Shown here: piece by piece, positions 37,428-45,557 of the stretch
Numbering within the stretch: the first letter of the stretch is position 1
Layout of the letters: each line of letters begins with the position of its first letter
Origin: Candidatus Binatia bacterium
Lineage (GTDB): Bacteria; Desulfobacterota; Binatia; UBA9968; JAJDTQ01
NCBI GenBank assembly: GCA_963666515.2
Contig: OY762897.2
Coordinates: forward strand, 3,040,001 to 3,104,000
Length of the DNA: 64,000 nt
Direction: 5' to 3'
Notes under the pieces: model-generated
The model's database searches: none
What the model was told of the DNA's origin: nothing
What the model saw: only the letters and a program-made list of their open reading frames with translations
Position numbers and translations under genes: made by a program

Positions 37428-39716
37428 ATGAACTCCGCCTTTCTGGACCGCTACATCGAGTTCACGTTGCGCCGGCGATGGCTGGTCCTGGCGTCGTCGG
37501 TGGCGGTGATGCTGGTCCTGACGGCCGGCCTCCAGTTCCTCGACATCTCCAACGACTGGCGCGACATGCTCGACGAGGACAATCCTCAACTCGTCGCATA
37601 CGACGCCCTGGAGGACACCTACACGGCCACCAATGCGGCGGTGATCGCGGTGGCGCCCAAGGGCGGGTCGGTATTCACCCGCGAGGCCCTCGGAGCCATC
37701 GAGGAGCTGACGGAGGCCGCGTGGGAGGTGCCCTTTTCCAGCCGGGTCGACTCCCTTGTCAACTACAACCACAGTGAGGCGGTCGAGGACGACCTGAACG
37801 TCGAACGGCTCGTGGACGACGCCGCATCGCTCAGCGATGAAGACCTCGCGCGGATCAAGAAGATCGCGTTGGGCGAGCCCAGCGTCGCCGGCCGTCTCGT
37901 CTCCCACGACGGGCGCGTTGCCGGACTGGTGATCAACTTTACCTTGCCCGAGCATTCGGACGCCGCGGAGATCGAGACCTACCACTATCTCCGCGGCCTC
38001 CTGGACAAGGCCCGGGCCGCCCACCCGGATATCGACTATCACGTGACCGGCAACGTCTTCGTGAACCAAGTCCTGACGGAGGCGGCCCAGGACGACATGG
38101 GAATTCTAGCGCCCGCCGCCTTCCTGGTCATCATCCTGGTCGGCGCCTTCCTGCTGCGCTCCCTGTCCGGCACACTGTGCATCGTCATTCTGCTCATCTT
38201 CGTGGTCGCGTCCACCATGGGCGTCATCGGCTGGGCCGGATTGCTGCTCAACGCCGCCAACTCCGGCATTCCCCTCATCATCATGACCCTGGCCATCTGC
38301 GACTCGGTCCACATCATCGGGACCATCAACTCCGGCATGGGCCGGGGTCTGGACCGGGACGCGGCGATTGCCGAATCGCTGCGGGACAACGCATGGCCCA
38401 TCTTCCTCACGACGGCCACGACGATGATCGGGTTCCTCAGCATGAACGCTTCGGACTCGCCGCCCTTTCGGATCCTCGGCAACCTGGTGGCGGTCGGCAT
38501 GCTGTTCGCCTACGTGTATTCCATGACGCTTCTGCCCGCGCTGCTGGCGGTGCTGCCGTTGCGCGGGCGCGCCGCGCGCGCCGGGGGTTCCGCCTTCTTC
38601 GACCGCCTCGGCGCCTTCGTGGTGGCGCGCCGCACGCTCCTGCTCTGGTCCGTGGCCGCAGTGGCGGTCGCCCTGGTGGCCGGCGTGCCCCGCGTCGAGC
38701 TGACGGACAACTGGACCACCCATCTGGACAAGCGTTACGAGTTCCGGCGCGACACCGACTTCGTCATCGAGAACCTGACCGGCGTGGAAACGCTGGAGTA
38801 CAGCCTGGACGCCGGGCGCGACGGCGGCATCACCGATCCCGACTATCTGCGCAAGGTCGACGCTTTCGCCGAATGGTACCGCGCCCAGCCGGAAGTGGCG
38901 CACGTCCAGGTGTTCTCGGACATCATGAAGCGCCTCAACAAGAACATGCACGGCGACGATCCGGCCTTCTACCGGGTGCCCGAAGACTCCCGGCTCGCCG
39001 CGCAGTACCTGCTGCTCTACGAGCTTTCGGTCCCCTTCGGCATGGACCTCAACAACCGCATCAACGTCGCCAAGTCGGCGACGCGCATGACCGTCACGCT
39101 CGCGAGGCTTAAGTCCGAGGAGCTGCGCGCGCTCGAAGTGCGCGGTCAGGACTGGCTCCGCGCCAACGCGCCCGACCTGGCGCGCGAGGCTTCGGGCTAC
39201 AGCCTCGTCTTCGCCCACCTGGCCATACGGAACACCCTGAGCATGTTGTGGGGCACGGTGACCGGCATGATCGTCATCTCGCTCATCCTCATCGGGATCT
39301 TCAGAAGCGTGCGCTTCGGCCTCATGAGCCTCGTGCCCAACCTCATCCCCTCGGCCATGGCCTTCGGCGTCTGGGGCTATCTGTACAGCGAGGTTGGGCC
39401 GGCCGGTTCCCTCGTCACCGCCATCGCCTTCGGCACCGTCGTCGACGACACGATCCACATCATGGCCAAGTACCTGAAGGCGCGTCGCGACGGCCTTCCC
39501 TCGCCCGAAGCGGTGCGCTACAGCTTCAATTCCGTAGGGGGCGCGTGCTTCACCACGACCATGATGCTGGTGCTGGGCTTCCTGGTATTCGCTACTTCGG
39601 GATTCGCCATCAGTTGGATGCTCGGCCTCCTGGTCGCGCTCACGCTCGGCTTCGCGCTGTTCCTCGATCTTCTGCTCCTGCCGCCCTTGCTGATGGCCAT
39701 CGACCGGAAGACCTGA
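37428..39716 (+). CDS. MMPL/RND (HAE3-like) lipid transporter
   Basis: Two MMPL repeats (ICDSVH; GTVVDDTIH), large periplasmic loops, AQYLLLYELS. Confidence 0.9.
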   Translation: MNSAFLDRYIEFTLRRRWLVLASSVAVMLVLTAGLQFLDISNDWRDMLDEDNPQLVAYDALEDTYTATNAAVIAVAPKGGSVFTREALGAIEELTEAAWEVPFSSRVDSLVNYNHSEAVEDDLNVERLVDDAASLSDEDLARIKKIALGEPSVAGRLVSHDGRVAGLVINFTLPEHSDAAEIETYHYLRGLLDKARAAHPDIDYHVTGNVFVNQVLTEAAQDDMGILAPAAFLVIILVGAFLLRSLSGTLCIVILLIFVVASTMGVIGWAGLLLNAANSGIPLIIMTLAICDSVHIIGTINSGMGRGLDRDAAIAESLRDNAWPIFLTTATTMIGFLSMNASDSPPFRILGNLVAVGMLFAYVYSMTLLPALLAVLPLRGRAARAGGSAFFDRLGAFVVARRTLLLWSVAAVAVALVAGVPRVELTDNWTTHLDKRYEFRRDTDFVIENLTGVETLEYSLDAGRDGGITDPDYLRKVDAFAEWYRAQPEVAHVQVFSDIMKRLNKNMHGDDPAFYRVPEDSRLAAQYLLLYELSVPFGMDLNNRINVAKSATRMTVTLARLKSEELRALEVRGQDWLRANAPDLAREASGYSLVFAHLAIRNTLSMLWGTVTGMIVISLILIGIFRSVRFGLMSLVPNLIPSAMAFGVWGYLYSEVGPAGSLVTAIAFGTVVDDTIHIMAKYLKARRDGLPSPEAVRYSFNSVGGACFTTTMMLVLGFLVFATSGFAISWMLGLLVALTLGFALFLDLLLLPPLLMAIDRKT

Positions 39717-39808
39717 CTTCCCTTTCCCGACCCGTTGAAATGCAGTAGTCTTTAGGTAGTCGGCCCGAGTAGCCCCAAGCTACTTGCATGACGTACGGAG
39801 GTGAGGCT

Positions 39809-41840
39809 GATGGCCCAATCGATGGCGCCCATGGCAAGTCCGCCGACGCTGACTTTGTCCGAAGAACTCATCCTGATGCTCCTGGACGAAGAGACCGGCT
39901 ACTTTCGCCAGGTGCCCGGGTGGAATCTGAACTGCGTGGTCGTCGGCGCCGTGCTTGCGGAACTCTCGCTCCGGTCCCGCATCGACACGGATCTGGAGTC
40001 CCTGACTCTTGAGGACCGGACGGAAACGGGGGACCCTGTCCTGGATTCCGTCCTGAAGGAAATCGCCGGCGAGCCGGAACGACGGAACGCGCGGTACTGG
40101 ATAGAACGGCTCGCTTCCCGCGCGGACGACATCATTGACCAACGTCTGGATCAACTGGTTGATCTGAAGATCCTCGTCCATCACCCCGGCGACTTCTGGA
40201 CGGTGTCTCCCACTGCCTGGCACGTGGGAGCGGACACCGGCTCCGGCGAAAGCACCGTCGTCGAGTACGTCAAGACGCGTATCAGCAGGATCATCTTCAG
40301 CAATGAGATCCCCGAGCCCTGGGACATCATCATCATCTGCCTGCTCGAGACCTGCGACATCACGCGCTTCATATTCCAACTGGATGACGAAACAGAGAAG
40401 CGTATCGAACTGATCTGCAAGATGGACCTGATCGGCCGGTCCATCGCCGATGCGGTCGCCGACAACATGGCCGGCCCGATGCTTCAGCGTCCCGCATTGA
40501 CCAAGACCATTCCGACCGTCCCCCTGCGTCACGTCATCTTCAGCCGTCACCTTCGCAGCGGCAACCTTCCGGCTCTCTTTGCCGAACTCGCAGAGAAGCA
40601 TGGTCCCGTATTCCGGATTCGCCCGCCGTTTGCGGAGCCCATGATCTTTCTGGCCGGACCACGGACAAATCGCTGGGCGCATCGGCACGGACGCATGTAC
40701 CTGAGAGCGAGGGACTACCTGGAGGACTTCGAGAAAGTCTACGGCGCTTCCGGAATACTGCCTGCGCTGGATGGCACGGATCATTTCCGATTTCGGAAAT
40801 CCATGCACCAGGCCTACTCTCGCGGGCGGCTGGCAGGGCGGCTGGATGATCTCTTCAGACACGGCCGAGCCCATATGGCAGGTTGGAAGGTGGGAGACTC
40901 ACTCCCCGCGGTGAAAATGACCCGGCGGTTGAGCAACGCTTCCATCTCTCCGCTCTTCAACAGTGTCGATTCGCAGGATCTTGTCGACGGCATGATCGAG
41001 TACAAGGAACGGGCGCTCTGCACTCACCTCATAAAAGTCCTGCCCAAGTTCATGCTTCATACCCCGGGGATGAAGCGCCGGGCGACCAACATCCAGGAGG
41101 TGCTGGACCGGGTCCAACGCATACATACACCCGCCCAGCGGGCCGGATGTCCTCGGGATTTCGCGGATGACCTGTTGAGCCTGCACAAGAGCGATCCGCA
41201 GTTTCTCCCGGAGTCGAATCTGCGTTTCGCCCTTTCGGCGCCGCTGATTGCCAGCATGTACGTGGGCGACATGCTTGGCTTCGCGTTCTACGCCATGGCG
41301 ACTCAGCCCGGGATGTACGAGAGAATCCGAAGCGAAGCCGATGCCGTCTTCGACAACGGCGACCCGGACAGCGACGCGTTCGACCCCTCCGTGATCGACG
41401 TCACCCGCCGATTCGTGATGGAGGTTGCGCGTCTTTACCCCATCGTCCCGGTGTCGGTTCGAACCGTGATGAATTCGTGCGTTGTCGAGGGCTACGAACT
41501 GCCGGAGGGATCACGGACCTTTATTGCCCAGTCGGCCGCGCACTACATGAGCGACGTCTTCCCCGAACCCTTTTCGTTCGACATCGACCGCTATCTTCCT
41601 TCGCGCAAGGAGCATGTCAATCCCGGATACGCCCCGTTCGGGGTGGGCACGCACACGTGCCTCGGACAAGCGTGGGTAGAACTGTTCATGGCTGCCCACG
41701 TGCTGCTTCTCGCGCATCACTTCACGATCAAGGTGCTTCCCGAGAACCACAGGCTCAAGATCGCCCCGTTCCCCTCGCTGTCTCTGAGCAAGAAGTTCAA
41801 GTTCCACGTCACCGAAAAGAGGCGCGAGATACCTGTCTGA
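39809..41840 (+). CDS. GPP34 (GOLPH3-like) domain - cytochrome P450 fusion
   Basis: N-terminal LTLSEELILMLLD..GAVLAELSLRSRID..TGDPVLD (GPP34 pattern). C-terminal EVAR (ExxR), FDIDRY and FGVGTHTCLG heme-thiolate motif. Exact start uncertain. Confidence 0.85.
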
Positions 41841-41845
41841 CGGTT

Positions 41846-42880
41846 CTAAAGTGGCTTGCGAGCCAGGAAGCAGTAGAGCGGCGTGAAGATGCCGGCTCGA
41901 CCGCCCGCGACGTAGGCGTCAGCGGTCCGATCCAGCAGCCGGACGACTTCCGTGGAGCCCTTGGGAAACAGCCGCAGCAATTCGGCCAGCTTCAGGCCCG
42001 CGATGAACGCCTTGCGACCCCAAGGAGTTCTGAGCAAGGTGTTGGCCAATTTCCCGTGCCGGCTCTCCATGGGCTGGTACCACGGCGTGGACGGCCCCTC
42101 CTTGACCTCCCTGTCCAACCCCTCGACGACGTGGAATCCCGCCGCTTCGAGGGCCTGATTCGTCGCCCTCATGGAACTGATGTCTTGCAGCGCAATGCCA
42201 CGCATGAGATCCCGCTTGATGGCCTGGTGCCGGCTGTCGTTCGGATCGAACTTGTCCGTCAGACACATGTCCTGCCCCCAGAACAGGGCTCCGGGTTTCA
42301 GGACGCGGAATATCTCCGCGAACGCACGTTGCTTGTCCGGTGCATGGCACGTTGACTCGATGGCATAGCCTCTGTCGAACGTGTCGTCTTCAATCACCGC
42401 CATGTCCATGAAACTGCAACGCACGTAGTCTACCTTGTGTTCAAGCCCTGCTTCGGCGTTCAGCGCTTTGGCCTTCTCCAACTGGATGGCACTGTTGTTG
42501 ATCCCCACAACCCGGACGCCGGACTCACGGACGACCCGGCGCATCGGGCCGCCGATCCCGCAGCCGACATCGATCACCGTCATGCTCTCCCGCAACTCCA
42601 GCTTGTCGATCATCAATCGCTGGTGCCGGACGATGGAATCCTCCACACTCTCCTGAGGCGTAAGGGGCGCGAAGTGCAAAGATTCGTTCCAACCCCACAC
42701 CATGAAATCGCTGCAAAGGTCGTAGTAGCCTCTTACCGTTTCGGTGTGATCGTACCCGCCAGCGCCGCCGTCCTTCGCCGTCGCCCGGTCGATCCAGCCG
42801 TCGAAGTCTCTCACGCGACGAGGGACGTCGGCCCCCCGGTACGCGTTCTTCAGCGCGTTCGATAATCTGGCGAGTTGCAT
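41846..42880 (-). CDS. Sterol 24-C-methyltransferase-like (ERG6/SMT family) SAM methyltransferase
   Basis: YYDLCSDF..WGWNESLHFA, IDVGCGIGGP, YAIESTCHAP, IFRVLKPG and C-terminal GIFTPLYCFLARKP. Confidence 0.85.
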   Translation of the reverse strand: MQLARLSNALKNAYRGADVPRRVRDFDGWIDRATAKDGGAGGYDHTETVRGYYDLCSDFMVWGWNESLHFAPLTPQESVEDSIVRHQRLMIDKLELRESMTVIDVGCGIGGPMRRVVRESGVRVVGINNSAIQLEKAKALNAEAGLEHKVDYVRCSFMDMAVIEDDTFDRGYAIESTCHAPDKQRAFAEIFRVLKPGALFWGQDMCLTDKFDPNDSRHQAIKRDLMRGIALQDISSMRATNQALEAAGFHVVEGLDREVKEGPSTPWYQPMESRHGKLANTLLRTPWGRKAFIAGLKLAELLRLFPKGSTEVVRLLDRTADAYVAGGRAGIFTPLYCFLARKPL

Positions 42881-42984
42881 GACGTGCTTGAACCCCCTAA
42901 CGCGTTTGTCGTCGCGGGACAAAGAGCCCGGCTGCCTGATCCGATGGTTCAACCATTGCGGGAGCATCCTGTACGGCCGGCGAT

Positions 42985-44034
42985 TCAGGAGGGCGTAGCG
43001 CCGCCGGTGTCGCACGGATCGGCATAGAACTGGGCGCAGTAGTGCCTGAAGGGCATGATCCTGCCGTCGGAAGCGCACAGGCGCGGGCGCGATCTATATT
43101 GCTTGCGGCTCCAGATGACCACGTCCTGCATGACGTCGCGCCGTTGCTGAGACGCCATGAACTTGTTCAACAGGGGGGCGCGCCATCGCACCGGCAGGAA
43201 CCCCAGGCCTGCGATCTTCCGCCGCGGCTTGCGTATCTCCCGTATCTGCGAGACCAGTGACAGGTCGATCAGCGTGCCGTCCACCGGGGTCGCCAGCACC
43301 CACAGGCGCGCGTCCATGCCGATGGAGTGCTCACGGATTTCCACGAACGAGTAGCCGAGCCCGAAGACGTGGGCGATGACCGACGTGTCGAAGCTGAGGG
43401 TTGTGACCCTGGCGATGGTTCGCTTCGTCTTGAAGTCGAAACGACTCTCGAGGAAGGGACCGTCCACGGACACTTCCCTGACGGGATTCACGTCATGGTA
43501 GCCGTGGACGTGGCGCAGGTGAGCGAAATCGACCGAATTCTCGGTCGTCTCCTGGGGATGGCCGGGAAAGCGCAGGGTCGTGATCTCGAAGCCGCTCCAA
43601 CCGGCCTGATCCGGCAGCTCCGGGGGCAGGCTCCATTGCGGCTCCCGCCCCCGGAGCCCCCACCAGGCGAAGATCAGGCCGAGAACTTCCCGCGTCGCGA
43701 AGACTCGTAATCTGGCGCTCTTGGGGGGAGGGGCAAAGGGCGTGGCGACGCACTGGCCGGTGGCGTCGAATTCGTAGCCATGGAAAGGGCAGATCAGCCG
43801 GCCGTCGCGGATGCGCCCACCGGCGGATGGCCCAAGATCGGAACCCAGGTGAGGGCAAACCGATTCGGCGACGCAGACGCGCCCGTCCCCGTCACACCAG
43901 ACGACGACGTTCTCGCCCATCCACGTCTTTTGGATGAGTCCGGCCTTTTTCAGCACGGCCTGGCGGGTTGCGACGAAGTACCACCCCTCGGGAAATGGGG
44001 AAGGCAAGGGGGCGTTCGTGGCCGACGTCCTCAT
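42985..44034 (-). CDS. Rieske sterol oxygenase/desaturase (Neverland/DAF-36 or KshA-like)
   Basis: FPEGWY, CPHLG..CPFHG, ENSVDFAHLRHVH and QDVVIWSRK..P.L...DG.I..FR....QFY. Confidence 0.85.
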   Translation of the reverse strand: MRTSATNAPLPSPFPEGWYFVATRQAVLKKAGLIQKTWMGENVVVWCDGDGRVCVAESVCPHLGSDLGPSAGGRIRDGRLICPFHGYEFDATGQCVATPFAPPPKSARLRVFATREVLGLIFAWWGLRGREPQWSLPPELPDQAGWSGFEITTLRFPGHPQETTENSVDFAHLRHVHGYHDVNPVREVSVDGPFLESRFDFKTKRTIARVTTLSFDTSVIAHVFGLGYSFVEIREHSIGMDARLWVLATPVDGTLIDLSLVSQIREIRKPRRKIAGLGFLPVRWRAPLLNKFMASQQRRDVMQDVVIWSRKQYRSRPRLCASDGRIMPFRHYCAQFYADPCDTGGATPS

Positions 44035-44123
44035 TTGAGTCAATTTGTACCACTGTCGCGCCCGCTGTGCTAGATTGATAGCAAGATTGATAACGAAAGT
44101 TCGCCTGATCGAAGGGAAGGAAC

Positions 44124-44807
44124 ATGCCCGACGGAGTCGAACAGCTCAACGAGGACATCATCGCGGCGGCCAGGATTCTGAGCCGTGAGGGACTAGTGCA
44201 GGGTTTCGGCCACGTGAGCGCGCGGATCCCGGACTCGGACCTGTTCGTGATCACGCCGCGGGTCGCCCTGGAGCTGGTGGAGCCCGGGCAGTTGGTGGTG
44301 ATGAACCTGCAGGGTCAGGTGCTGGAAGCGCCGGCGCCGCCATCCTTCGAGACCGCGCTGCACACGGCCATCTTCAACGCCCGGCGGGACGTGAACGCCA
44401 TCACGCGGATCCACGCCAGGACCGCCAACATCTTCTCGGTGACGGACACGTCCCTGGACGCGGTGCACAACCACGGCAGCTTCTTCAGCGGCGGGGTGCC
44501 GGTCTTCAGGACCATCGACCTCATTTCCACCCGGGAACTGGGCGAGGGCGCGGCCGCGGCGCTGGGCGATGCGGCCGCGGTGCTGTTGCAGGGAAACGGT
44601 CAGGTAACGGTGGGGAGGACCATACCGGAAGCGGTGATGATGGCCATCTACCTGGAGGAAGCGGCGCAGGTGCTCTATGGCGCCATGCAGGTGGGCACGC
44701 CGCGCTTCCTTCCCCCGGAAGCGGCAGGCTCCCGGCAGAAGGAGGCCCTTCCGCCTCCGGACATGGAACGCGCCTGGAACTTCTTCAAGAGCCGGGTGGG
44801 GATGTGA
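44124..44807 (+). CDS. Class II aldolase/adducin family protein
   Basis: GFGHVSAR, ETALHTAIF and VLLQGNG; the usual Zn-binding His residues are partly substituted. Confidence 0.85.
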   Translation: MPDGVEQLNEDIIAAARILSREGLVQGFGHVSARIPDSDLFVITPRVALELVEPGQLVVMNLQGQVLEAPAPPSFETALHTAIFNARRDVNAITRIHARTANIFSVTDTSLDAVHNHGSFFSGGVPVFRTIDLISTRELGEGAAAALGDAAAVLLQGNGQVTVGRTIPEAVMMAIYLEEAAQVLYGAMQVGTPRFLPPEAAGSRQKEALPPPDMERAWNFFKSRVGM

Positions 44808-44811
44808 AGGA

Positions 44812-45519
44812 TCAGCCCGCGAACTCGACGTCGAGCTTGGCGGTCTCCCCGGCCTTGACCTCCACTTCCTTGGTCTGCGTGCCGAGCTTCTCGTGCCAGA
44901 TCTGGACGTTGTACTTGCCGGCGGGCAGGTCGGTGAGGCTGAAGGCGCCGTCCTCGCCGGTGATGCTGTAGTAGGGGTTGCCGGCCACGAAGATCCAGCC
45001 GCCCATCCAGCCGTGGACGTCGCACTTGACTTCCATGATCTCGGGCTTGTCGAACTTCACCTTCAGCTTCTTCTTGAACTTGGGCTGCGCCCGGTTCATG
45101 GGCTTGTTGATCTTGCTGTAGGTGTGGATGTTGTGCAGCACCTTGTCCGGGTTGAGGATGGTGAGGTCGGCGCCGGCCGGAACCGCCAGGACGTGCGGGG
45201 CATACCGGCAACCGTTCTGGTCGAGGGTGACCCCCTTCTTCTCCAGCTTCTTGCCGCCCTTGACCTCGGCGATGTACACGATCACGTTCGCCAGCTTGCC
45301 GTCCTTGACCACCAGCGACTCGTCGTACTTGGGCGACTGGTCACAGCGTTTCTTGTCCTTGGTGACCTTGAGCTTCTTCGGTTTCGGGGCGGTGCCCTTG
45401 AAGAGCGCGACGCCGGAGATGCCTCCGCCCGCGGCGATCGCGGGCTGGTAAGCGCCGGCGGTCAGAGCAACAGTCACGAAAAGCGCCAGAACGGCGAGCA
45501 ACGGAAACCTGCGGTTCAT
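44812..45519 (-). CDS. Periplasmic carboxypeptidase-regulatory-like/cupredoxin-like protein
   Basis: Signal peptide; LDQNGCRYAPHV, LHNIH, KCDVHGWM and WHEKLG motifs. Confidence 0.8.
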   Translation of the reverse strand: MNRRFPLLAVLALFVTVALTAGAYQPAIAAGGGISGVALFKGTAPKPKKLKVTKDKKRCDQSPKYDESLVVKDGKLANVIVYIAEVKGGKKLEKKGVTLDQNGCRYAPHVLAVPAGADLTILNPDKVLHNIHTYSKINKPMNRAQPKFKKKLKVKFDKPEIMEVKCDVHGWMGGWIFVAGNPYYSITGEDGAFSLTDLPAGKYNVQIWHEKLGTQTKEVEVKAGETAKLDVEFAG

Positions 45520-45557
45520 ATCATTCTCTCCTGTTCCGAATATTTTCTTGTTCCAGG

